Positions 19,319 to 30,353 are shown, counted from the stretch's first letter. The stretch: DNA of 33,275 nt from Lysobacterales bacterium (GCA_013213875.1 JABSSV010000369.1:1-33275), one strand, 5' to 3'. The notes: a model not told the origin generated them from the sequence alone. Made by a program: numbers and translations.

Positions 19319-20368
19319 ATGACCGACGTACGCGACAATCCACTTGGTGTGGAGGGGTTTGAATTCATTGAATATGCAGCGCCCGATGCGCAGCTGCTGC
19401 ACGAGTTGTTCAAGCAGATGGGTTTTGCCCCCATTGCGCGTCACAAGGAGCGGGCCATCACGCTCTACCGTCAGGGTGATATCAATTTCCTGGTGAATGA
19501 AGAGCCGGACAGCTTCGCTGCTGAATTTGCGGCCAAGCATGGACCCTGCTGTACGGGATTCGCCCTGCGCGTTGCCGACGCCGACAAGGCCTACCGCTCG
19601 TGCCTGAGCAAAGATGCAAAATCCATGAGTGAGTTTCCGGGCAGCGCGCTCGATGGCCCGAAGATCAAGGGCATCGGTGGCTCCATGCTGTACCTGGTCG
19701 ATCGCCAGAACGGCTCGCCCCTGGCGCGGGACTATGAGTTGCTGCCGGGCGCCAGCGGTGAACATGAAGGTTTTGGTCTGACCTTTATCGATCACCTCAC
19801 TCACAACGTGTATTTCGGCAATATGAATCAGTGGGCCAGTTTCTATGAGCGCCTGTTTGGATTCTTCGAGGTGCGCTACTTCGACATCAAGGGCAAGCAG
19901 ACTGGTCTGCTGTCCCGCGCCATGACCTCGCCCACCGGCGTGATCAGTATTCCCATTAACGAGTCGGAAGATCCGAAAAGCCAGATCAATGAGTATCTGG
20001 AGGAGTATCAGGGCGAAGGGGTGCAGCATATTGCCCTGTTCACGGACGATATCTATGACACGATTGAACGCATGCGGGCGCAAGAGGTGAGCTTCCTGAA
20101 TACGCCGGACACCTACTATGAGATCATTGACCGGCGCGTGCCGGAACATGATGAAGACGTTGAGCGTATGCGTGAAAACCGCATTTTGATTGATGCGGAT
20201 CAGGAGACGGGTAAGAAATTGCTGCTGCAGATTTTTACGCAGACCAATATCGGCCCGATCTTTTTCGAAATCATTCAGCGCAAGGGCAACAAGGGCTTTG
20301 GTGAGGGCAACTTCACGGCCCTGTTCGAGTCCATTGAACTGGATCAGGTGCGCCGCGGCGTCCTGTAG
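19319..20368 (+). CDS. hppD: 4-hydroxyphenylpyruvate dioxygenase
   Basis: NPLGVEGFEFIEY, IDHLTHNV, GEGVQHIA and FFEIIQRKGNKGFGEGNF. ATG at 19319 after GGAGG. Confidence 0.98.
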   Translation: MTDVRDNPLGVEGFEFIEYAAPDAQLLHELFKQMGFAPIARHKERAITLYRQGDINFLVNEEPDSFAAEFAAKHGPCCTGFALRVADADKAYRSCLSKDAKSMSEFPGSALDGPKIKGIGGSMLYLVDRQNGSPLARDYELLPGASGEHEGFGLTFIDHLTHNVYFGNMNQWASFYERLFGFFEVRYFDIKGKQTGLLSRAMTSPTGVISIPINESEDPKSQINEYLEEYQGEGVQHIALFTDDIYDTIERMRAQEVSFLNTPDTYYEIIDRRVPEHDEDVERMRENRILIDADQETGKKLLLQIFTQTNIGPIFFEIIQRKGNKGFGEGNFTALFESIELDQVRRGVL

Positions 20369-20386
20369 AGCACGGGGGATAGCAGC

Positions 20387-21511
20387 ATGGCCAAGCGGTG
20401 GATCAGCACGCCAAGGGTAGAAGGCAATGCGTCGCGTCAGGCGCATGCGGACCTGCCTGAGGGCACCTATGAGCGGGAACTGGGCAAGGAGGGCTTTTTC
20501 GGCCCGGCCAGTCATATGCACCACCAGCACCCGCCCACGGCCTGGACCCGCATGGAGGGCCCCCTGCGCCCGCGCGCCTTCGATACCACCCGGCTGGCGG
20601 AGTTCGGTCCCACGCCCTGGCACGCGCGCGCCCTTTTGGGCAATGCTCAGGTCAGCGTCAGGTTATGGGAGATGACCGCGTCCATGGATCAGCTGGTGCG
20701 CAACGCCGATGGCGATGAGTTGTTGTTTATCCATGCTGGCAGCGGCCACCTGTTCTGTGACTACGGTCATCTGGAGGTGGGTGAGGGCGACTACATCATG
20801 CTGCCGCGGGGCACCATGTGGCGCCTGGAGTCAGCGGCGCCCATGCGCATGCTGCTGATCGAAGCCACCAATTCCAGCTATCAGTTGCCCGAGAAGGGGC
20901 TGCTGGGTCCGCATGCCATCTTCGATCCGGCCATGCTTGCCGCGCCGCGCATGGACGAGGCTTTTCGGGCGCAGCAGGATGAGACTGAATGGGAACTGCT
21001 GATCAAACGGCAGAATCAAATCACGACCATGGTTTATCCCTTCAATCCACTGGATGCAGTGGGTTGGCACGGTGATCTCATGCCCGTGCGCATCAACTGG
21101 CGGGACATTCGTCCCCTCATGAGCCATCGCTATCACTTGCCGCCTTCGGCGCACACAACTTTTGTCGCCAATCGTTTCGTGATTTGCACCTTTGTGCCGC
21201 GCCCCTTCGAGAGTGATCCGGGCGCCTTGAAGGTACCGTTTTTTCACAATAATGACGACTACGACGAGGTGTTGTTCTATCACGCCGGAGAGTTTTTCTC
21301 CCGCGACAACATCCATCCGGGCATGATGACGCTGCACCCCTGCGGTTTCACCCATGGTCCGCACCCGAAAGCACTCCAGAACGCCTTCCAGCCCGCGGCC
21401 GAGGCCACCAATGAGGTGGCAGTCATGCTCGATACGCGCGACGCGCTGCAGGTCTTTGATGCAGCGGAACCGATTGAATGGACCGGCTATGTGGACTCCT
21501 GGAAAGGCTGA
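20387..21511 (+). CDS. hmgA: Homogentisate 1,2-dioxygenase (short, about 375-aa type)
   Basis: RNADGDELLF, PLDAVGWHG, HLPPSAH and probable Fe ligands in HNNDDYDEVLFYH...HGPHP. Lies between hppD and fahA. Confidence 0.93.
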   Translation: MAKRWISTPRVEGNASRQAHADLPEGTYERELGKEGFFGPASHMHHQHPPTAWTRMEGPLRPRAFDTTRLAEFGPTPWHARALLGNAQVSVRLWEMTASMDQLVRNADGDELLFIHAGSGHLFCDYGHLEVGEGDYIMLPRGTMWRLESAAPMRMLLIEATNSSYQLPEKGLLGPHAIFDPAMLAAPRMDEAFRAQQDETEWELLIKRQNQITTMVYPFNPLDAVGWHGDLMPVRINWRDIRPLMSHRYHLPPSAHTTFVANRFVICTFVPRPFESDPGALKVPFFHNNDDYDEVLFYHAGEFFSRDNIHPGMMTLHPCGFTHGPHPKALQNAFQPAAEATNEVAVMLDTRDALQVFDAAEPIEWTGYVDSWKG

Positions 21512-21553
21512 TTCACCGGCTCACTAAACGACTTAATAGAACGGATAAAACTC

Positions 21554-22537
21554 ATGAAACTGGGATCTCTCAAGCATGGGCGCGATGGGCGCCTCATTGT
21601 GGTCAAACGCGAACTGGATGAGTACGTGCTGGCCGATTCGATAGCGCCGTCATTGCGTGAGGCGCTGGAAAACTGGTCTGAGGCAGCACCGCAGCTCGAA
21701 GCCCTGTCGGCGGCCCTTAATGCCGGCGACTGCGATCAGGCCCAGCCACTGGATATGGAGGCCCTCGCTTCCCCTCTGCCCCGGGCCTTTGAGTTCCTGG
21801 ATGGCAGCGCCTATCTGCCGCATGTGGAGCGCGTGCGCCGCGCCCGTGGTGCCGAAGTGCCGGAGACCTTCTACGAGGATCCGCTCATGTATCAGGCCAC
21901 GGCTTCCGGGTTCCTGCCACCGCGCGCGCCGGTGCCGGTAGTCAGTGAAGACTACGGCATTGATTTTGAGGCGGAAGTGGTCGTGGTCACCGGTGATGTG
22001 CCCATGGCCGCCAGCCCGGAGGAGGCAGCGGAGCAGCTGCTGCTGGTGGGGCTGATCAATGACGTGAGCCTGCGCAATCTGATTCCGGGCGAGCTGGCCA
22101 AGGGTTTTGGCTTCCTCCAGTCCAAGCCCCGCTCGGCTTTGAGCCCCGTACTGGTCACGCCCGATGAGCTGGGTGATGACTGGCACAACAGCGAGCTGCG
22201 CTTGCCGCTGCACTCCTATCTCAACGGCGAATGGTTCGGCAGCCCCGATGCGGGCACGGATATGCAATTCAATTTCGGCCAGCTGGTGGCGCATGCGGCC
22301 AAGACGCGGCCCTTGAGCGCTGGCACCATTGTCGGCTCTGGCACCATTGCCAATCAGGACACGGCCGTGGGGGCTTCTTGCCTCGCGGAGCGGCGCATGT
22401 TGGAAATTATCGCGGACGGCAAGCCGGCCACACCGTTCATGCGCTTTGGTGACACGATTCGGATCGAAATGCTCAACGGTGATAATGAAAATATCTTTGG
22501 CACCATTGAGCAGGTGATTGAGGCCTATGAGCCCTGA
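21554..22537 (+). CDS. fahA: Fumarylacetoacetate hydrolase family protein
   Basis: DGSAY, IDFEAEV, NDVSLRNL, GFLQSKP and GTIVGSGT, plus pathway context. Confidence 0.9.
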   Translation: MKLGSLKHGRDGRLIVVKRELDEYVLADSIAPSLREALENWSEAAPQLEALSAALNAGDCDQAQPLDMEALASPLPRAFEFLDGSAYLPHVERVRRARGAEVPETFYEDPLMYQATASGFLPPRAPVPVVSEDYGIDFEAEVVVVTGDVPMAASPEEAAEQLLLVGLINDVSLRNLIPGELAKGFGFLQSKPRSALSPVLVTPDELGDDWHNSELRLPLHSYLNGEWFGSPDAGTDMQFNFGQLVAHAAKTRPLSAGTIVGSGTIANQDTAVGASCLAERRMLEIIADGKPATPFMRFGDTIRIEMLNGDNENIFGTIEQVIEAYEP

Positions 22538-23186
22538 GGCGCCTGTCCTCTACGGCTACTGGCGCAGTACGGCAGCCTACCGGGTTCGAATTGCGCTGAA
22601 TCTGAAGGGGCTCGAGTGGCACTACAAATCCGTGCACCTGGTGCGGGACGGCGGTGAGCAGCATGCGCAAGGCTACCGGGAGCTTAATCCGGCCGGTCTG
22701 GTTCCGGTACTGATTTGCCAGGGCCAGCGCATCAGCCAGTCGCTGGCGATTTGCGAGTTCCTGGAAGAAGTGTATCCGCAGCCGGCGCTGCTACCCGCTG
22801 CGCCAGGGGATCGGGCTCTGGTGCGAGCCCTGGCGCAGGATGTGGCCTGTGAAATTCATCCGCTGAATAACCTGCGTGTGCAGCAGTATCTCGGGCGTGA
22901 ATTGGGCGCCGATGCGACGGCCCGGGAAGCCTGGATGCACCACTGGATGGCCGCGGGTTTTGAGACCATGCAGCAGCGTCTGGAACAGGACGGTCGCGCC
23001 GGGGACACCTGTCTGGGGGGCGCGCCCGGACTCGCGGAACTGTGTCTCGTTGCCCAGGCCTATAACGCCGACCGCTTCGGTTTTTCCCTGCAGCCCTATC
23101 CTTTGCTGGAGCATATTGTGGCGCACTGCCGGGCCCTGCCGGCCTTTGCCGCGGCCGCGCCCGAGCAGCAGCCGGACGCCAGCTAA
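22527..23186 (+). CDS. maiA: Maleylacetoacetate isomerase (GST zeta class)
   Basis: YWRSTAAYRVRIALNLKG, SQSLAICEFL and IHPLNNLRV. Confidence 0.96.
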   Translation: MSPEAPVLYGYWRSTAAYRVRIALNLKGLEWHYKSVHLVRDGGEQHAQGYRELNPAGLVPVLICQGQRISQSLAICEFLEEVYPQPALLPAAPGDRALVRALAQDVACEIHPLNNLRVQQYLGRELGADATAREAWMHHWMAAGFETMQQRLEQDGRAGDTCLGGAPGLAELCLVAQAYNADRFGFSLQPYPLLEHIVAHCRALPAFAAAAPEQQPDAS

Positions 23187-23263
23187 CAGGATTGTCCCGC
23201 CAGCGGTTCACGGCGGGCGAGGCTTGCTTCATAATTGGCCCATGACTCTCAAGCGAACAGGCC

Positions 23264-23638
23264 ATGCATAAACTTTCCCGCTTACTGCTGCTGCTTGCCG
23301 TCGGCTTGTTGGCGGCCTGCACATCCAACCCACCCAGCGCCGACAACTTTGCCCTGGCTGAGCGTGCCATTGCGGAGGCTGAGGCCGCAGGTGCCGAGGA
23401 ACTGGCCCCCACCGATCTGCGCTTCGCACGTGAGCGGCTTCAGACTGCCCGCACTGCCAGTGATCAGCGCAACTATGCGCTGGCATTTGACGATCTGGAG
23501 CGCGCTGAGATCAACGCCATGCTGGCGCTGGAAAAATCACGGGCGGCGGCCCAGCGTCGCAAGGTTAACGAACTGCGTCGGGCCAACGAGGCGCTGCGGG
23601 CAGACCTGGTCGATACCTACGGGGAGGATTGGCAATGA
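23264..23638 (+). CDS. DUF4398-like lipoprotein
   Basis: Lipobox LAAC, AEAEAAGAEELAP pattern and helical composition. ATGA-coupled to the OmpA-domain gene. Confidence 0.85.
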   Translation: MHKLSRLLLLLAVGLLAACTSNPPSADNFALAERAIAEAEAAGAEELAPTDLRFARERLQTARTASDQRNYALAFDDLERAEINAMLALEKSRAAAQRRKVNELRRANEALRADLVDTYGEDWQ

Positions 23639-24621
23639 GCTATTGGATCCGAATGACCGCAGTGCTGAGCTGTGCCGTGACGCTCTCAGCCTGTCAGGTG
23701 GCGCCGAAAAAAGACCTCGCACTGGAGCGGGTGCGCATGCAGTTGGAGCAACTGGAGGCGGATGAAGAACTCCAGGGCTACGGCTCTGCCAGCCTCGCGG
23801 AGGCCAAGCGCACCCTGCGTCAAGCGGAGCAGGAGACCCAGTCAACGGTGCGCGAGCAGGAACTCTATCTGGCGGAGAAAAAAATTCAGATTGCGCGTGC
23901 AACGGCCCAGCGTGAACAGTTGCAGACAGCGTTCAGCGAGCTTGAAAACCAGCGCAGTCGCATGTTGATCCGGGCCAGTCAGCTGGAGACGGAGCAGGCC
24001 CGCGAAGAGGCCGCCCAGGCGCGCCTGATGATGGCGGCCACGGCCGAGGATGCGGAGCGGCGTCGCGCTGAGGCCGCCGCAGCACGAGAGCAGGAAGCAG
24101 AGTCTTCACGCCGCGCCGCTCAGGCGCGTGAAGAGGCTGCGCAGGCCCGGCGTTTGGCTGACTCGCGTGCCTCCGAGGCACAGCTGGCCAGACGGGAGGT
24201 TGAGCTGGCCATGGAGCAGATGGATACGCTCAAGCGTCAGCTGGAAAATCTGCAGCTGCGTGAGACCGAGAGCGGGGTCGTGGTTACCCTCGGTGACGTT
24301 CTTTTTGCCAGCGGTGCAACCAGTCTGCGTGATGAGGGCATGACCAGTCTGGTTGAAGTGGTTGACCTGCTACAGACCGAGCCCGACAAGATGATTCGGA
24401 TTGAGGGGCATACGGACAGTACGGGCAGCGCAGAGGAAAATATGCGCCTGTCGCAGCTGCGTGCGGAGGCGGTGCAGGCGGCGCTGGTAGACCTGGGTGT
24501 TGCCGCGGGTCGTTTGAGCGCAGTGGGCATGGGAGAGGACTATCCCATCGACAGCAATGACACGGTTGACGGGCGAGCCAAGAATCGTCGGGTTGACGTC
24601 ATCTTATTGGATAACTCGTAA
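23635..24621 (+). CDS. OmpA-domain (peptidoglycan-binding) lipoprotein with long coiled coil
   Basis: Lipobox LSAC, E/A/R/Q-rich coiled coil, IEGHTDSTG...LSQLRAEAV...GRAKNRRVDV. Confidence 0.92.
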   Translation: MSYWIRMTAVLSCAVTLSACQVAPKKDLALERVRMQLEQLEADEELQGYGSASLAEAKRTLRQAEQETQSTVREQELYLAEKKIQIARATAQREQLQTAFSELENQRSRMLIRASQLETEQAREEAAQARLMMAATAEDAERRRAEAAAAREQEAESSRRAAQAREEAAQARRLADSRASEAQLARREVELAMEQMDTLKRQLENLQLRETESGVVVTLGDVLFASGATSLRDEGMTSLVEVVDLLQTEPDKMIRIEGHTDSTGSAEENMRLSQLRAEAVQAALVDLGVAAGRLSAVGMGEDYPIDSNDTVDGRAKNRRVDVILLDNS

Positions 24622-24952
24622 AAACAACGCTTTGGATAAAAAAATCAGAGAATTCATCAAGATAAAAATTCAATAATAATTCGCGAATAAATATTCGTAT
24701 AATGGCCCAATGTGACGAAGCGACTTGATGCCGCGCAGGCTGAGGAGTAGTCTGATTGAGCAGATGGTGTTTCATTCCTACCAAATCGGTTTTCGCGTAT
24801 GACCTCAGCGGTGTTCAATCCGCTGCGCATCATGCGAACAATAGTTCGTCTTTCCCAATCTTTTAACCCACCCGGATGTAAGCCTTCGGTGACCTGTCGT
24901 GCCTGCACGGCTGGGCGCGGAAGAGCAATCTGCGGCCTGAAAGGAGAAGTCA

Positions 24953-25165
24953 ATGTTTGAACATCGCCAGAGTGAGATGGAGAGCATGCTGGAGAGCAGT
25001 GCGGAATTTCGCCGCTTGTATGACAAGCATCAGGAACTGGACAAGCGCGTATGCCAGGCTGAGGCCGGTAACCGGCCCATGGATGACCTGGCGCTGCACC
25101 AGCTGAAAAAAGAGAAGCTGCACGCTAAAGACCAGCTCAATCAGCTCCTGTCGTCGGCGCACTAG
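24953..25165 (+). CDS. YdcH/DUF465-like small coiled-coil protein
   Basis: EFRRLYDKHQELD...LKKEKLHAKDQL pattern with a strong AAGGAG RBS. Confidence 0.85.
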   Translation: MFEHRQSEMESMLESSAEFRRLYDKHQELDKRVCQAEAGNRPMDDLALHQLKKEKLHAKDQLNQLLSSAH

Positions 25166-25240
25166 TGCAACGATTCTAAGCAACACGCTCACACGGGGGC
25201 GCTGCTGAGCGCCACGGGTGTAAGACCAAGGGCGGGAGGT

Positions 25241-25274
25241 AAAAAAACGGCCGGTTAAACCCGGTCGTTTTTTT
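25241..25274 (+). terminator. Intrinsic terminator, potentially bidirectional
   Basis: AAAAAAACGGCCGG-ttaaac-CCGGTCGTTTTTTT. Confidence 0.85.
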
Positions 25275-25339
25275 GTATCGGCAAGCGCCTGTCACCTCAT
25301 GAGCGCTATACTGGCGCTCTGTTTTTTCGGACCCTTAAC

Positions 25340-26713
25340 ATGAACGTACACGCCAGTATTCTTGATCTCATCGGCAACACGCCCGTTATTGAATCCCGCG
25401 CCTTTGATACGGGCCCCTGTCGCCTGTTTATCAAATTGGAAAGCCAAAACCCGGGTGGCTCGATCAAGGATCGAATTGGCCTGAAGATGATCGAACAGGC
25501 GGAAGCAGAGGGTGTACTTAAGCCCGGTGCGACCCTGGTAGAGGGAACGGCCGGCAATACGGGCCTGGGGCTGGCGCTGGTAGCCGCGCAGAAGGGCTAT
25601 CGATTGGTGCTGGTTATTCCGGACAAGATGTCGCGTGAAAAGATTTCCAACCTCAAGGCCATGGGCGCTGAGGTGGTTCTGACGCGCTCAGACGTCGCCA
25701 AGGGTCATCCCGAGTACTACCAGGATCTGGCTAAAACCATCGCGGACGAAACGCCCGGCGCCTTTTTTATTAACCAGTTTGGTAACCCGGCGAACCCGAA
25801 AGCCCATGAGGAAGTGACCGGGCCGGAAATCTGGCAGCAGATGGGCGGTGAACTGGACGCCATCGTTCTCGGTGTCGGTTCCAGTGGCACCGTGACCGGG
25901 CTCTCCAACTACTTTGCTGAGGCCGCACCGGAGCTGGAACTGGTTCTCGCCGATCCGGAAGGTTCCATTCTCGCGCAGTACATCAATGAGGGCACGCTGT
26001 CAGAGAAAAGCGGCAGCTGGTTGGTGGAAGGCATTGGTGAAGATTTCCTGCCCACCATCAGCGACTTCACGCGCGTACACAGCGCCTACGCGATTTCAGA
26101 CCGGGACAGTATGGACGCGGGCCGTGAACTGCTGCGCCGGGAAGGTATCCTCGGGGGCTCGTCCTCCGGCACCCTGCTGGCCGCGGCGCTACGCTATTGC
26201 CGGGCCCAGACCGAGCCTAAAAACGTACTCACCTTTGCCTGCGATACCGGCAATCGCTACCTGTCCAAGATGTACAACGACTTCTGGATGCGTGATCAGG
26301 GCTTTCTGGAGCGGGAAGAGCATGGCGACCTGCGTGATCTGATTGCGCGACCTTTCCATTCCAAGGATACGGTCACGGTCGGTCCTGACGAGCCTCTGGC
26401 GAACGCTTACACGCGCATGAAACTCTATGACGTGTCTCAGCTGCCGGTGATCGCGGCGGGCCAGCTAGTGGGGATCCTGGATGAGTCGGACGTACTGCTG
26501 GCGGTGTATGGCAAGCAAGAGCGATTCCAGCATCCGGTGAGCGAGGCCATGGTGACGGAACTGCACGCCGTGCAGGTAGATGCTGATATTGATGAACTGC
26601 TGCCCATTTTCGATCAGGATTACGTCGCCATCGTGAAAGATGGGGATGACTTTATGGGACTGATTACCCGGGTTGATCTGCTCCACTATCTGCGCCGTCG
26701 CGCGGATGCATAA
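25340..26713 (+). CDS. cbs: Cystathionine beta-synthase with C-terminal CBS-domain pair
   Basis: PLP lysine motif NPGGSIKDR, TAGNTG, GSSGT, CDTGNRYLSK and tandem CBS domains (SQLPV..LVGIL; GLITRVDLL). Confidence 0.92.
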   Translation: MNVHASILDLIGNTPVIESRAFDTGPCRLFIKLESQNPGGSIKDRIGLKMIEQAEAEGVLKPGATLVEGTAGNTGLGLALVAAQKGYRLVLVIPDKMSREKISNLKAMGAEVVLTRSDVAKGHPEYYQDLAKTIADETPGAFFINQFGNPANPKAHEEVTGPEIWQQMGGELDAIVLGVGSSGTVTGLSNYFAEAAPELELVLADPEGSILAQYINEGTLSEKSGSWLVEGIGEDFLPTISDFTRVHSAYAISDRDSMDAGRELLRREGILGGSSSGTLLAAALRYCRAQTEPKNVLTFACDTGNRYLSKMYNDFWMRDQGFLEREEHGDLRDLIARPFHSKDTVTVGPDEPLANAYTRMKLYDVSQLPVIAAGQLVGILDESDVLLAVYGKQERFQHPVSEAMVTELHAVQVDADIDELLPIFDQDYVAIVKDGDDFMGLITRVDLLHYLRRRADA

Positions 26714-26746
26714 GACCCGCCGTCGAACACCTTAGGAAAAGTAGCT

Positions 26747-27907
26747 ATGAGTAAAGATCGAGCCTATCGTCTGGGCACGCGCGCCATTCATGCGGGCCAG
26801 CAACCAGACCCCTCCACCGGCGCCATCATGCCGCCGATTTACGCGACCTCCACCTACGTCCAGTCCAGCCCCGGCGAGCATCAGGGTTGGGAATACTCGC
26901 GCAGCCACAATCCCACGCGGAAAGCCTACGAGGATTGCATCGCTGATCTGGAGGGCGGTGCCCGGGGCTTCGCATTTGCCTCTGGCATGGCAGCGATTGG
27001 CACGGTGCTGGAGCTACTCGACAGCGGCGCCCACGTGGTGGCCATGGATGATCTCTACGGTGGTAGTTTCCGCCTGTTTCATCGTGTGCGGGAACGCTCG
27101 GCGGGCCTGCAGTTCAGCTTTGCTGCACTCGATGATATGAACGCCCTGCGTGCGGCCATCCGGCCGGAAACAAAGATGATCTGGGTGGAGACGCCCACCA
27201 ACCCCATGCTCAAGCTGGTGGATATTGAAGCGGTGGCAGCGGTAGCCCGTGAGATCGGCGCGCTGCTGGTGGTCGACAACACCTTCGCCTCGCCCATGCT
27301 ACAGCGGCCGCTGGAACTGGGCGCTGATATCGTCATTCACTCGGCCACTAAATATCTGAACGGCCATTCCGATATCGTTGGTGGTATCGCGGTAGTGCGT
27401 GAAGCGGAACTGGCTGAAGAGCTGTGGTTTTTACTCAATTCTGTCGGGCCCATTCAGGGGCCTTTTGACAGCTTTCTGGCCCTTCGTGGTCTGAAAACGT
27501 TGCATTTGCGCATGCGGGCTACCTGTGAAAATGCCCAGGCCATTGCCGAGTGGCTGGAAGCTGATGCGCGCATTGAGCGGGTGATTTATCCCGGCCTGCC
27601 AGCGCATCCTCAGCACCAGCTGGCCATGCGTCAGATGTCCGGACTGGGCGGTGGTATCGTCAGCCTGGTGCCCAAGGGTGGTTTCGGCGCGGCCAAAGCC
27701 ATGCTGGAGCGCACGCGTCTGTTTGCCCTCGCCGAATCCCTGGGGGGTGTGGAAAGTCTGGTAAACCATCCTGCCATCATGACGCATGCGTCCGTGCCGC
27801 CGGAAACGCGCGCCAAGCTCGGGATGAGCGACGATCTGGTGCGCCTGTCCGTGGGTATCGAAGATCGGGAAGATTTGCTGGCCGATCTGGATGAGGCACT
27901 GGGCTGA
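26747..27907 (+). CDS. metB: Cystathionine gamma-lyase/synthase
   Basis: YSRSHNPT, FASGMAAI, ETPTNP, HSATKYLNGHSD and LAESLGGVESL. Paired with cbs. Confidence 0.92.
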   Translation: MSKDRAYRLGTRAIHAGQQPDPSTGAIMPPIYATSTYVQSSPGEHQGWEYSRSHNPTRKAYEDCIADLEGGARGFAFASGMAAIGTVLELLDSGAHVVAMDDLYGGSFRLFHRVRERSAGLQFSFAALDDMNALRAAIRPETKMIWVETPTNPMLKLVDIEAVAAVAREIGALLVVDNTFASPMLQRPLELGADIVIHSATKYLNGHSDIVGGIAVVREAELAEELWFLLNSVGPIQGPFDSFLALRGLKTLHLRMRATCENAQAIAEWLEADARIERVIYPGLPAHPQHQLAMRQMSGLGGGIVSLVPKGGFGAAKAMLERTRLFALAESLGGVESLVNHPAIMTHASVPPETRAKLGMSDDLVRLSVGIEDREDLLADLDEALG

Positions 27908-27908
27908 C

Positions 27909-28406
27909 CTAGTCGCTGCGCTCCTCAGCCAGGCGCGCCTGCAACTTTAGCTCCGCGTCATGGGCGGCTTCTTGGCAGGCCTGTGGGTTGTAGAACGGGT
28001 CTGATTCCGGGTCTGCCTCCCGCTGGGCCAGCTTGGCCTGCAGCTGGAACTGAGCAGGGTGCGGCGTCAGCAACACGTCGCAATCCAGCCTGCGCAAGCG
28101 CTCAGCGCTATGCCTGAGCTGCGCTTCGGTGCTGCCGCCATGCAGCGCCGCCAGCGGCGCGCTGAACTTGAAGCCAGGCGCGGACACCGGATTCAGACTG
28201 TCGGCATAAACCATGGTGCGACAGCTATGGCCCACACATGAGCGCCAGCTCCAGCTACTGCCGCCGGGCGTATGGCCGGGCGTCAGGTGCAGTGTGACCG
28301 TCACAGGACCGACATTCAAAGGCCGGATCCGGCACCAACTCGGCGGCACTCAGCGATAGGCTGGTGCCAATGAGCAGCGTACTGAGATAGCCGGGCAGGG
28401 TGCTTT

Positions 28407-28410
<4 letters not shown>
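27909..28410 (-). pseudogene. Subclass B3 metallo-beta-lactamase remnant (internal deletion plus frameshift)
   Basis: GTG at 28410 gives a signal peptide plus ELVPDPAFECRSCD. A different frame carries TPGHTPGGSSWSWRSC...VYADSL...CDVLLTPHP...AC. The HxHxDH region is absent. Confidence 0.8.

Positions 28411-30353
<1,943 letters not shown>

Noticed and set aside
19319-21511. Pyomelanin production through an hmgA lesion
   Set aside because: hmgA is an intact ORF with its probable metal ligands present.
24660-24700. Possible Fur box
   Set aside because: My best manual alignment to GATAATGATAATCATTATC matched only about 8 of 19 positions, which AT richness explains.
24806-24825. tRNA-like T-loop (GTTCAATCC)
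   Set aside because: No acceptor stem, D arm or anticodon arm can be built around it; it is kept only as part of the leader structure finding.
24657-24953. 98-aa - strand ORF in the ompA-ydcH intergenic region
   Set aside because: It has no recognisable motif or RBS and runs through the AT-rich promoter patch.
28316-28349. Track start of the 146-aa ORF (MPPSWCRIRP) as a genuine small standalone protein
   Set aside because: There is no RBS, and that stretch is better explained as the signal-peptide frame of the broken MBL gene.
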